From positions 103,914,001 through 103,978,000 of the forward strand of contig CM059431.1 in NCBI GenBank assembly GCA_030390025.1: a stretch of DNA of 64,000 nt, given 5' to 3'. The notes under the pieces are model-generated. The model was not told where the DNA came from. It worked only from the letters and a program-made list of their open reading frames with translations, and did no database searches. The stretch is from Squalus acanthias (taxonomy: Eukaryota). Positions 24,516-36,563 of the stretch are shown piece after piece. A program made the translations under genes and the position numbers. The number at the start of each line of letters is the position of its first letter. Within the stretch, counting starts at the first letter, position 1.

Positions 24516-26031
24516 TATGAGATCACTCTCAGGTATGCTCCTCTCTATGTAAATGATGTGTAAATCTTACCAATAAACACTCAAGAATCATTATGCAGAG
24601 ACTAAAACTCGTTAAGGGTTTGTTCATGCAAGTGATTTCACTGGCATGGGAAATCAGAAAATTTTCGATCCAAGAGACACTATACAAAGTACAACACCTG
24701 GAGGAAGAAAACCAATTGAAGTATCACTGTAGCAGTTGTCTTCCTTCAATGGAATTATCCCTGAAGGGAAATGGTATCCTGTTTTTGAATACATTCATCA
24801 GGACCAGTGCAAAGATACATTATGTAATGTAATTGATTTGGCATTGGACATGATACCTGCACACAGGTGGGCTGGCAAGCAATAAGGATTCTCTCTGTGA
24901 GTATAATTTGAGCAAACATATGAAATGCATACTTGTGTGTGTATGCTGTGAGCGCTATGCACTGATTCTCAGCAAGTGCGCAGTTAGTTGTGTTTGTTCT
25001 CCTTATGTGTTACCGCAAGTGATAAAGCTGGTGTAGGGGTGGATGCATTGACTTCATTGACTGTAAACTGAGGCAGACAGTTAGAACAGTGCCACTGACT
25101 ACCTTGGAGACGTCAATACCTTCTTTCATCTCATAGGATTTCAAAAGGATGTTTGCCTTTGGATTTGTTAATGCTATAGACATTAGACTCGGCAGAAAGT
25201 CTTCATCCAGCCCAGATATTGCAAAGCTAATCCCCTTAAGGTTCGGAGAGCCTCCAGGAGCCCATCTTCTTGCTCAGACAAGTCTGAAGGAAATCCCAAA
25301 TGCCTGACAGTCAAACATTCATCACAGATCCTGCAAAACATTCCTAATATCTACTCAAAACAACATATAGAGCAGACACTAGATTGGCCCTCTGTTGAGT
25401 AGACTGGCTTGCAGCACAGATTACAACTGTGTCCCAGTATTGGCTGCAATTACATGTAAACCACGATTCCAAAAGTCCAATTAAACCACCTGTGGTGGCG
25501 ACCTTGACTCACGTGCCTGAGCACATGACACATTGAAGTATGGCCGCATTGCTCTGAAGTCTGCTTCTACTCTCTGCTGATACAGCACAACACTCTCACC
25601 TCGGGTAACAGCTAGGTAGTCCTATCTCAATTTGCCCGCTTACTCTAGGCTATATTATCTATCTTTACGTTACAAAGATATACTTGCATTTTTTTAAATA
25701 TCCAGTAAGCCACATCCTCAGACATTGTTAAGTACTGGGGTGAAGATGGTGTGACCTGTACATAAGAACATCAGAATCCCCTGACGAAAAATGTCCAAGG
25801 TCTATCTAGTTCGCCTTCTACCATCCTGGTAGTCGCATGATATAAGGATAATGGAGTTGCTGGCAGTCAATCTCTAATAATGCCCAATCAATCAACCCCT
25901 GCAAGACCTTCCAGATCATACATCTTATTTGTCAGACTTCCTGCATTAATGCAAGCACAATGCCAATGCTTTTTACCATTCCACATTTACTTTATTAACA
26001 TTTTTAACATATTTATTTCCCATCATTGGAA

Positions 26032-26660
26032 ATTTATTTTATTCATTCACGATGTGGGCATCACTGGCATCACTGGCAAGGCCAGCATTTATTGCCCATC
26101 CCTAATTGCCCTTGAGAAGGTGCTGGTGAGCCGTCTTCTTGAACCGCTGCAGTCCGTGTGGTGAAGGTGCTCCCACAGTGCTGTTAGGGAGGGAGTTCCA
26201 GGATTGTGACCCAGCGACGATGAAGGAACGGCGATATATTTCCAAGTCAGGATGGTGTGTGACGGAGGAGAACTTGGAGGTGATGGTGTTCCCATGCGCC
26301 TGCTGCCCTTGTCCTTCTAGGTGGAAGAGGTCTCAGGTTTGGGAGGAGCTGCTGAAGAAGCTTTGGCGAGTTGCTGCAGTGCATATTGTAGATGGTACAC
26401 ACTGCAGCCACGGTGCGCCGGTGGTGGAGGGAGTGAATGTTTAAGGTGGTGGATGGGGTGCCAATCAAGCGGGCTGCTTTGTCCTAGATGATGTCGAGCT
26501 TCTTGAGTGTTGTTGGAGCGGCACTCATCCAGGCAAGTGGAGAGTATTCCATCACACTCCTGACTTGTGCCTTGTAGATGGTGGAAAGGATTTGGGGAGT
26601 CAGGAGGTGAGACACTCGCCACAGAATACCCAGCCTCTGACTGCCCTTGTAGCCACATTA
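26032..26660 (-). mobile_element. CR1/L2-group LINE 3' fragment (second family, IYKAQVRSVMEYSPLAW type)
   Basis: Same protein as ORFs 32241..32822, 51019..51495 and 57047..57478. Confidence 0.85.
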
Positions 26661-27054
26661 TTAAACTACGTGTTTTTATTAGTACACCATTTCCCTGGGC
26701 CAGGGCTTGTCTGGAGTTCATGTTAGGCTCCCAGTGAGAGGTTCAGGTAGGAGAAGTGCTCACTGAAGACCTGCTGTGTGTACGGCTTCCTGAATAGTGC
26801 CCTCGTGTTCCCAGCTTCTCTCGCGCTCTCCGATCTCCTTTGCTGTTCCCCCTCGTTCTCCAGCGCCAAAGGCATTCATACCAGTTATGCCACCCGTGAC
26901 TGTGGTCAAACTGTTTTGAAGACCGCCAAAAACAGTGCAGCACCAGCAAAATGCTCTTCCCAGAAGTCAGGAATAAGTTTTCTGCCAGTCAACAAGTCTA
27001 AAAATCACCCAGTTAACTCGCAGCCTAGAACGGCAAACCAGCTAGTTACCTATA

Positions 27055-27517
27055 AAGAAGAAGAACTTGCATTTCTACAGCACCTTTATGACTTCAGGAT
27101 GTCCCAAAGCCAACAAAGTACTTTTCAAAGTGTGGTCACTGTTATAATGAAGGAAACACGGCAGCCAGTTTTGCGCACAGCAAGCTCCCGCAAATAGCAA
27201 TGTGATAATGACCAGATAATCTGTTTTAGTGATGTTGGTTGAGGGATAAATATTGGCCCCAGGACACTGGGGAGAACTCCCCTGCTCTTCTTCAAAATAG
27301 TGCCCGTGGGATCTTTTACATCCACCTGAGAGAGCAGAAAAGGCCTCGGTTTAACACCTCATCTGAAAGACGGCACCTCCGACAGTGCAGCACTCCCTCA
27401 GTACTGGCACTGGGAGTGTCAGCCTAGATTTTGTGCTCAAGTCTCTGGAGTGGGGCTTGAACCCACGACCTGTTGCCCCAGAGGCGAGAGTGCTACCCGC
27501 TGAGCCACGGCTGACAC
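27055..27517 (-). mobile_element. SacSINE1-like SINE
   Basis: Family match. Confidence 0.85.
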
Positions 27518-27582
27518 TTATGTAATGGCTGAGCCCTTTAAATAGCGCTGCTGAAGAGTCCTTCCTGCCTGTTAGCCCCACG

Positions 27583-28274
27583 AGTCTTCATCCAGCCTAG
27601 ATATTGCAAAGCTAATCCCCTTGAGGTTCAGAGAGCTTCCAGGAGCCCATCATCTTGCTCAGACAAGTCTGAAGGAAATCCCAAATGCCTGACAGTCAAA
27701 TATTCATCACAGATCCTGCAAAACATTCCTAATATCTACTCAAAACAACATATAGAGCAGACACTAGATTGGCCCTCTGTTGAGTAGACTGGCTTGCAGC
27801 ACAGATTACAACTGTGTCCCAGTATTGGCTGCAATTACGTGTAAACCACGATTCCAAAAGTCCAATTAAACCACCTGTGATGCCCATCAAGCGGGCTGCT
27901 TTGTCCTGGGTGGTGTCGAGCTTCTTGAGTGTTGTTGGAGCTGCACTCATCCAGGCAAGTGGAGAGTATTCCATCACACTCCTTACTTGTGCCTTGTAGA
28001 GAGCAGACAGGGTCTCGGTTTAACGCCTCATCTGAAAGACGGCGCCTCCGACAGTGCAGCACTCTCTCAGTACTGCACTGGGAGTGTCAGCCTAGATTTT
28101 GTGCTCAAGTCTCTGGAGTGGGGCTTGAACCCACGACCTGCTGACCCAGAGGTGAGGGTGCTACCCACTGAGCCGAGAGTGCTACCCACTGAGCCACGGC
28201 TGACACTTATGTAATGGCTGAGCCCTGTAAATAGCGCTGCTGAAGAGTCCTTCCTGCCTGTTACCCCCACGAGT
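27583..28274 (+). repeat. Three-piece local duplication of 25198-25494, ~26459-26578 and 27329-27585
   Basis: Direct sequence match, including non-repeat DNA; microhomologies at the junctions. Confidence 0.9.
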
Positions 28275-28754
28275 TGCTGAGCGATTTTATCACGTGCCGA
28301 CTCAGTGTTTAACATACATCTGGAGGGCGCCCTGGATGCCTACAGAGCAGCCCAATCCAATATGGCGGGCAGCGCAATTCCTGCGCAGAACGAGCGCGCT
28401 CGTGCCACCCGCCATGTTGGATGTTGATGCGCCCATTTTGCGCTTAAAAAAACAGGGACGGCGCCAATGCATTTCAAGGCCCACGTGTTCTTATGTCATG
28501 CTTTCTTTAATATATTTATAAGCTGAAGAGAATCTTAGCTTGTGCCTCTTGAAGGAGAAACAATTTTTCCATGGAATTACTCTCATTGCATGTTTTGGGG
28601 AAAAATCCTTTCCAGGCAACAGTGGTAACAATAATAAGTTTGTTATACACATTGAACTAAGCAGCAGTATTGGGCAAGGAAATATTGCTCCATAGCGAAT
28701 TGTTAAAGAAAAGAAAGACTTGCATTTATATAGCGCCTTTCACGACCACCGGAC

Positions 28755-29698
28755 ATAAGTACAAGAGGAGGCCATTTAGCCCCTCGAGCCTGTTCCGCCA
28801 TTCAATGAGATCATGGCTGATCTGCGACCTAACTCCATATACCCGCCTTTGCCCATATCCCTTAATACCTTTGGTTAACAAAAAGCTATCAATCTCAGAT
28901 TTAAAATTAACAATTGATCTAGCATCAATTGGCATTTGTGGAAGAGAGTTCCAAACTTCTACCACCCTTTGTGTGTAGAAGTGTTTCCTAATTTCACTCC
29001 TGAAAGGTCTGGCTCTATTTTTTAGACTATGCCCCCTAGTCCTAGAATCCCCAACCAGCGGAAATAGTTTCTCTCTATCTACCCTATCAGTTCCCCTTAA
29101 TATCCTGAAAACTTCGATCAAATCACCCCTTAACCTTCTAAATTCCAGGGAATACAACCCTAATTTGTGTAATCTCTCCTCGTAACTTAACGCTTGAGAT
29201 CCAGGTATCATTCTGGTAAACCTACGCTGCACTCCCTCCAAGGTCAATATATCCTTCCTAAGGTGTGGTGCCCAGAACTGCTCACAGTACTCCAGGTGTG
29301 GTCTAACCAGGGTTTTGTATAGCTGCAGCATAACATCTACCCCCTTGTATTCTAGTACTCTAGATATAAAGGTCAGCATTCCATTAGCCTTTTTGATTTT
29401 TTTCTGTACCTGTTATTGACATTTTAATGAGCTATGTACCTGGACCCCCAAGTCTCTTTGGATCTTCACTGTTTTTAGCTTTTCACCATTTAGAAAGTAC
29501 CCTGTTCTATCCTTTTTAGTTCCAAAGTGGATGACCTCACATTTGCTTACATTGAAATCCATTTACCACAGTTTTGCCCATTCACTTAATCTATCAATAT
29601 CTCTTTGTAATTTTATGCTTCCACCTAGACTGCCTACAATGCCGCCTATCTTTGTGTCATCGGCAAATTTAGATGTCTGACTTTCTATGCCATCATCT
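28755..29698 (-). mobile_element. CR1 LINE, 5'-truncated, inserted in a SINE
   Basis: Uninterrupted 217-aa ORF 28726..29379 plus an upstream KFADDTK RT motif (~29650-29670). Confidence 0.93.
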
Positions 29699-29719
29699 AG
29701 GACGTTCCAAAGCACTTTA

Positions 29720-30151
29720 AAGAAAAAAGAAAGATTTGCATTTCTATCACGCCTTTCACAACCTCAGGACGTCCCAAAGCACTTTACAGCCAATGAAGTA
29801 CTTTTAAAGTGCAGTAACTGTTGTAATGTAGGAAACACAGCAGCCAATTGTGCGCACAGCAAGTTCCCACAAAACACAAGGTGATAATGAGCAGATAATC
29901 TGATTTTGTTCTGTTGATTGAGGGATAAATATTAGCCAGACCACCAGGGAGAACTCACCTGCTCTTCTTCAAAATAGTGGCCATGGGATCTTTTACGTCC
30001 ACAAGAGAGGGCAGATGGGACCTCGGTTTAACATCTCATCCGAAAGACGGCACCTCCAGCAGTGCAGCACTCTATCAGCACTGCACTGGAGTTTCAGCCC
30101 AGACATTTGTGCTCAAGTCTCAAGGAGTGGGGACTATGAACCCACAACCTC

Positions 30152-30187
<36 letters not shown>

Positions 30188-30196
30188 GGCCGACAC
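29720..30196 (-). mobile_element. SacSINE1-like SINE nested in an older copy of the same family
   Basis: Host SINE pieces at 28705-28755, 29700-29719 and 30197-30241. Confidence 0.82.
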
Positions 30197-30898
30197 AGTC
30201 AGTGAAGTACTTTTGAAGTGTAGTCACTGTTGTAATGTAGGTTAATGCTTATATATTTTGTACCGCAAACTCTAACATGAATTAAAAAAGAAACACATTT
30301 GCTTAATTATTATTAATACAAGTCAACCTTGTTCAAGGGAAAACCTATTTAATTAGAATTTTAGGTCAGGTAACCCTAAATTGTTCATTGAGCTCATATC
30401 AGTAAAGGTGACAGTAGAGTAGTTAAGCGCATCTTAACTTGGCAGTAATTATGTTGTGAAATACTGATGCTCCAGAGTTGAACCCTATTCATGTCTTTTA
30501 AAAACCCTTCATTAAACAGATTTGTCAATGGGTATTAGAACTTTGATCAAATAGAAACTAGTTCATGATAGATATATCAAGGAGGCAAAGAATAAAAGTC
30601 AGCAAGTGTCCTGCTCTTCAAATCAGCAGTCCGCTAATTAGCGGAGAGTTTCCAGTTGGTATATTTTGTTATGACATGAACTGTGAAAATGTGTCGGCTT
30701 GCAATCAGTAATTATAACATGAAAAATGACTAGTGCTTGGAGCTGAAATAACATTAAAATCATAGCTATATTACCAAAGCGTGATTACAGCACATATTTA
30801 AAGTTAGTGTAAATAAAGTAATGCATTGTTTAAAATGTTAGGGATCCGCGCTAGGCAATGATTAGCTTTTTAAAGCTAACAGTCAGTGTTTTAATGAA

Positions 30899-31299
30899 AT
30901 AACAACAGAAAATGCTGGAAAAACTCAGCAGGCCAGGCAACATCCATGGAGAGAGAAACAGAGTTAACGTTTCAGGTCGAAGACCCTTCGTCAGAACTGA
31001 GAAAAAAGCAGGAAATGAAACAGATAAAAAGGCAAGTAGGAGGCTGGGGGAGGGAATAAAAGAACAAAAGGGGAGGTCTGTGAGACGTAGAGACATTAAG
31101 AGATGGTAATAGGACAGGTTAAGAAACAAAAGATGGCTCAGAAGTGTGAAGTGTGAAATGCTGGCAGAATGAAAGACAGTTGCGAGTGGGTGAGAGAGAG
31201 AAAAAAAAAGGGAAAAGGCACAAACCAAAAGTGTGGATAAAATATATATATATATATATATGGTAGGGGCTGAGGTTATGATCTGAAATTGTTGAACTC
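30899..31299 (-). mobile_element. Penelope-like element 3' end
   Basis: EFNNFR ORF end on the minus strand, hammerhead and terminal repeat; TSD GTTTTAATGAA at 30888 and 31300. Confidence 0.82.
30962..30998 (-). ncRNA. Minimal type I hammerhead ribozyme with intact core
   Basis: AGTT-CTGACGA-A-GGGTC-TTC-GACCT-GAAA-CGTT-AACT: stem I AGTT/AACT, stem II GGGTC/GACCT, palindromic AACGTT stem III. Confidence 0.75.
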
Positions 31300-31424
31300 G
31301 TTTTAATGAAGTCAGCTTGATAGCATTTCAAGAGAAAAATCAGCTTTTTTCATGGGTTGTCCATATCAACCAAACAGATCAGTTTCATAGCTTATTAGAA
31401 CCAATCAGATGCTACTTTCTCCCA

Positions 31425-31863
31425 TTTTTGGTTGTGCTCGCTGAACTGCATTGGCTCACGATCCGGCAACGCCGCGCTTTTAAAATTCTCAAATCTCTCC
31501 AAGGCCTCGCCCCTCCCTATCTCTGTAACCTCCTCCAGCTCTACAACCCTCCTCCAATTCGCCGCTCCTCCAATTCTGGCCTCTTGTGCAACCTCGATTT
31601 TCATCGCTCCACCAGAGCTTAGGGCCTTCAGCTGCCTCGGCCCTAAGCTCTGGAATTCCCTCCGCAAACCTCTCCGCCTCTCCGCCTCTCTCTCCTCCTT
31701 TAAGTCGCTCCTTAAAACCTACCTCTTTGACCAAGCTTTTGGTCACCTGCTCTAATTTCTCCTTATGTGGCTCGGTGTCAAATTTTGTTTGATGACACCC
31801 CTGTGAAGCCCCTTGGGACGTTTTACTACATTAAAGGCGCTATATCAATGCAAGTTGTTGTTG
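31425..31863 (+). mobile_element. L2 3' fragment
   Basis: VLAELHWL..RQR..FKIL / RAFSCLGPKLWNSL; (GTT)n tail. Confidence 0.85.
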
Positions 31864-32395
31864 CACAAGCTTCAAGCAGAAAGGTGGGTTAAGATGACCA
31901 GAAGGTTTCTGAGAGTTTCAAGCAGATGCCCACAAATTACTTATATCCACCAAATAAGGTGATGAAATGCAGTCGGTAAAAACGTTTCATTTTCCACGGA
32001 GGAACTTGCTGGAATAAACCCAGCTGTTGTCTTTTCTGAAGACTTTTCTTTTCCAAGCTTTCTTGAGCTAAAGGAGGATGCTACCTGGTGTGATTAATTA
32101 ACTGGCTTTATTTGAGCATTCCTGTCATTGCATTTGCATTAGTGCCAGGTAAAATAGAAAGTCTGGTCGGAGCGTTATTTAATTAAAAGATAACATTAAG
32201 ATTCCCATAGTTAGGGATTTTCCTGCCGTGTACTAATGCGATGTGGACTGTTGACCTTTTGTGTGAGTTGTCAAACCCAGTTATGTTCAGTAACCTTGAA
32301 AACTTTTCTTGGGGTTTTCTCTTGCACGCTCATGGGGGAGATTCCTTTATTATTGTACAGGAACTGGGGAGAGAACCTGTACCAATCATATTAGA

Positions 32396-32970
32396 GCTCC
32401 TGACTCCCCAAAGCATTTCCACCATCTACAAGGCACAAGTAAGGAGTGTGATAGAATACTCTCCACTTGCCTGGATGAGTGCAGCTCCAACAACACTCAA
32501 GAAGCTCGACACCATCCAGGACAAAGCAGCCCGCTTGATTGGCACTCCATCCACCACCTTAAACATTCACTCCCTCCACCACCGGCGCACCATGGCTGCA
32601 GTGTGTACCATCTACAAGATGCACTGCAGCAACTCGCCAAGGCTTCTTCGGCAGCACCTCCCAAACCCGCGACCTCTACCACCTAGAAGGACGAGGGCAG
32701 TAGGTGCATGGGAACACCACCACCTCCAAGATCCCCTCCAAGTCTCACACCATCCTGACTTAGAAGTATATCGGCCGATCCTTCATCATCACTGGGTCAA
32801 AATCCTGGAACTCCCTCCCTAACAGCACTGTGGGAGTACCTTCACCACATGGACTGCAGCGGTTCAAGAAGGCAGCTCACCACCACCTTCTCGAGGGCAA
32901 CTCGGGACGGGCCATAAATGCTGGCCTTGCCAGCGACGCCCACATCCCATAAGCGAATTAAAAAAAAAAT
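32396..32970 (+). mobile_element. CR1/L2-group LINE second family, 3' fragment
   Basis: LLTPQSISTIYKAQVRSVIEYSPLAWMSAAPTT...; poly-A tail. Confidence 0.88.
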
Positions 32971-33387
32971 CAACATCCATGGATAAACATGAGGGACAAT
33001 ATTATTAATCATGATGTTGCAAAACCTGAGCAATCAGCAGGTTCATCTATGAACCCCATGCCCATTTCTAATCCTGCAAATCGCATTTTTATGTACTTTT
33101 AAGTGATGTTTTAAAGACTGCAATGCGCGACATTTTTTATTCCTGTTACAAGAAAATAATCCTTTTTCTTGACAGGGTCAAAAGACCAGAATTACCGGAC
33201 TAGATCAATCACTCAGCCAAGGATCAGAGTCACTGCTTTAAGCAGACACCTATAAAATCATCAGAAATTAACAGTAAGATGCTGCCTAAAGAAAGAAAGA
33301 GCTTGCATTCATATAATGCCTTTCAGAACCTCAGGACGTCCCAAAGCGCTTTACAAACAATGAAGCACTTTTTGAAGTGTAGTCACT

Positions 33388-33953
33388 TTGACTATTCCAA
33401 CGCCCTCCTGGCTGGCCTCCCACATTCCACCCTACGTAAACTTGAGGTCATCCAAAACTCGGCTGCCTGTGTCCTAACTCGCACCATGTCCCGTTCGCCC
33501 ATCACCCACTGTGCTCGCTGACCTACATTGGCTCCCGGTTAAGCAACGCCTCGATTTCAAAATTTCATCCTTGTTTTCAAATCCCTCCATGGCCTCGCCC
33601 CTCCTATCTCTGTAATCTCCTCAGCCCCACAACCCCCCCGAGATATCTGCGCTCCTCTAATTCTGCCCTCTTGAGCATCGCTGATTATAATCGCTCCACC
33701 ATTGGTGGCCGTGCCTTCTGTTGCCTGGGCCCTAAGCTCTGGAATTCCCTGCCTAAACCTCTCCGCCTCTCCACCTCTCTCTCCTCCTTTAAGCCTCTCT
33801 TTAAAACCTACCTCTTTGACCAAGCTTTTGTTCACCTGCCCTAATTTATCCTTATGTGGCTCGGTGTCCAATTTTTGGTCTTAAAATACTCCTGTGCAGC
33901 GCCTTGGGACGTTTTACTACGTTAAAGGCGCTATATAAATACAAGTTGTTGTT
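33388..33953 (+). mobile_element. L2 3' fragment inserted into an oppositely oriented SINE (33288-34050)
   Basis: DYSNALLAGLP.STLRKLEVIQNSAA; the SINE resumes in register after the (GTT)n tail. Confidence 0.88.
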
Positions 33954-34824
33954 GTAATGTAGGAAACGCGGCAGCCAATTTTGCACACAGCAAGGACCCA
34001 CAAATAGCAATGAGATTGACCAGATAATTTGTTTTAGTGATGTTGGTTAATATGGAATTGCACAATTGCACTCACTAATAATCTCTGCCTGACTGCCAGG
34101 GAGCGTTCCTGTGGGCCTGTTGGCTGTGACCTCGTACTATGACCTCACTCCACTCCCTCCCGCCAGCCTGACGTTATTGATGCTGGGTTTGGGTGGGAGT
34201 CAGGCTCAGTGGAGCCCGAGGACTTTTCAGGTCCTTTTATTGTTAGCTTGAAAGGCAGAATCACAGTGGGCTCCAAGCTGCTGTCAAATGGACCAACTCT
34301 GACCACAGCCTAAGTTATGACAAGCAAGTATCCTGTTACATTTTCAGCGTAACTGTTTGGAACTGAAAGTCCACAGGATGTGCATGCTGGCATCCCAAGA
34401 GTTGGGATGTGCCCACCCAAGGTCTCCATTGCTAACCCTCCTGATGTTTACAGGGGCAGGGGCTGAGAGTAATGGGCCTAGGGTAAAGAGGCTGGAAATT
34501 TTACCCCCTAAATGCGATCCCAGGAATGTCGGCCAGCACCTGGGCCACAGTGTATCAGGGTTCCAGTTTAGTTTCTGGCTGTTATGATGGGAACCCACTG
34601 GAATTTCTGTGGATTTTCACCTTTGTTGTCATCTTGTGATATAAGTTCGCTATTCAGGCCTATTTTTTGGGCCTGTTCATTTTCTGGAGGTGTGTTAGCA
34701 TTTTTGAAGCTGCTTACTGATTTTCTAGGTTGATATCTATGGTGATCTACACAACTGGATTAATCTCTACTATGATAAAATAAAATTTGTCATGGCAGAG
34801 ATTATTAGCGAGTGCAATTCCATA

Positions 34825-35022
34825 TTAACCAACATCATTAAAACAGATAATCTGGTCATTATCTCATTGCTGTTTGTGGGAGCTTGCTGTGCGCATAATT
34901 GGCTGCCGCGTTTCCTACATTGCAGCAGTGACTACACTTCAAAAAGTACTTCATTGGCTGTAAAGCGCTTTGGGACGTCCTGAGGTTATGAAAGGCGCTG
35001 TAGAAATACAAGTTCTTTCTTT
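34825..35022 (+). mobile_element. SacSINE1-like SINE, 3' half
   Basis: Family match. Confidence 0.8.
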
Positions 35023-35042
35023 AGGCAGCATCTCACACTTAA

Positions 35043-36101
35043 TTTCTGATCATTTTAAGTTGTCGGCTTAAAGCAGTGCATTATATATGGGAAGCAATTG
35101 GTGGCCCCAAATAAAAGCAGACAATTTTGGAAAGACAAAGGGACTTAGTCAACAGCTGAAATTAGAAAAGAACTTTTCACATCTGAGATGCTGCATGACT
35201 GGTTGGCGTATTTACAGTTTTGTCCAATTTAATTTGAAACTTACTTTCACTCGAAGTGAGTATTGACACCACTGTGTCAGCGAATGAGTTGGAGGCGGGG
35301 CGGGACTTGCAGCAGGATGCACAGCAAGCAGTCTATTTTATCAGCAAACAGCAAACAGAGTCTATTTAAGCAGCGCACTGCAGCAAACAGTCTACTTACT
35401 CTGCAAACAGTGTCTATTTAAACAGAGATTCTACGAACTACAACAAACAGAGCTCATGACCGAAACTACAGCAACGTCTCCCGATAAAAGCAGGGTTATT
35501 CCTCCAGCAAAATGCAATGAGTGGAGGATAGTTACATAATATAAATTATGTGCGTAAAATCAATCCCAGTCACTCGCAGCAGTGCGGTCTCCAGGCGTGA
35601 TTGACAGGGGAATTACCCAATCATCTCCATTCTGGGCGGGACTTGTGGTGTCACCATATGCAGCCTTTTTCTTTCACACTCTCTAAACTTTACTGAGCTC
35701 AGCCGCATTTCAGCAACCAGAAGAATTAACCGGGTTCATTGCATTTTGCTGGAGGAATTATCTCGCTTTTATCGGGAGACGTTGGTGTAGTTTCGGTCAT
35801 GGGCTCTGTTTGCTATAGTTCGTAGAAGCTCTGTTTAAATAGACTCTGTTTGCTGTAAAATTGGCTGACACAGTGGTGCCAATACTCACTTTGAAAGAAA
35901 GTAAGTTTCAGATTAAATTGGACAAAACTGTAAATACACCAACCAGTCATGCAGCATCTCAGATGTGAAAAGATCTTTTCTAATTCAGCTGTTGACTAAT
36001 TCCCTTTGTCTTTCCAAAATTTTCTGCTTTTATTTGGGGCCACCAATTGCTTCCCATAAATAATGCACTGCTTTAAGCAGACAAGTTAAAATGATCAGAA
36101 A
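35043..36101. repeat. Long imperfect inverted repeat (arms 35043-35520 and 35736-36101, 215-bp spacer)
   Basis: The arms are reverse complements along their length, apart from a ~110-bp minisatellite-like expansion in the left arm. Confidence 0.95.
35521..35735. promoter_or_regulatory. Candidate promoter core in the inverted-repeat spacer
   Basis: TGATTGACAG (Pbx/Prep decamer) at 35598-35607, CCAAT at 35617-35621, GC box at 35634-35640. Confidence 0.45.
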
Positions 36102-36537
36102 CTGGTGAAAGTCTGCATGAAACTCAGCGACTCCAAATAATAATTGGGATCAAAATCACACCTGATTTCTCCATTTGTCTGCTTGCAAAATGTCACCAAA
36201 AAACCAAATCAAGACCAGTTCCAGATGTACTTGACATTTCTGCTAACACTTCTCGAGCCTGGCTGGTTTGTCAGAATGTTCCTTCCTTATTGCACATCGC
36301 CCTCACCATTGCTGATGTGAAGCAGATTTGACCTAGTTATAACTGCAATCAGTAAATGTGTCACTTTCTTTATCACTTCTGTATCGTCAGCCTTAAGAGC
36401 CTGGTTCTTCGTCCATTTCTTCTAAATTGTCCTTTGTATCGCCGTCTTTTTTTAGTCGATTTGAATCTTCAGTATCAATGAAGGAAGCCTATTTCTGGAT
36501 ACTATTCTGAAGGCAGAGTTCCTTTTTCTTAGTTAGA

Positions 36538-36563
36538 GTTGCTTAGCAACATGCTATGCAAAT
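36538..36563. promoter_or_regulatory. RFX X-box next to an octamer motif
   Basis: GTTGCTTAGCAAC at 36538-36550 and ATGCAAAT at 36556-36563, in non-repeat DNA. Confidence 0.45.

Noticed and set aside
25137..25307. Plus-strand exon DFKRMFAFGF...EIPNA* after a good acceptor
   Set aside because: No homology recognised and a second frame is similarly open; not enough to call
27583..28274. Processed (spliced) retrocopy origin for the three-piece duplication
   Set aside because: The junctions do not fit GT-AG on either strand, there is no poly-A or TSD, and the copy is directly adjacent to its source
36393..36488. Minus-strand acidic peptide ASFIDTEDSNRLKKDGDTKDNLEEMDEEPGS* as a terminal exon
   Set aside because: No pyrimidine tract at the acceptor and no recognisable homology
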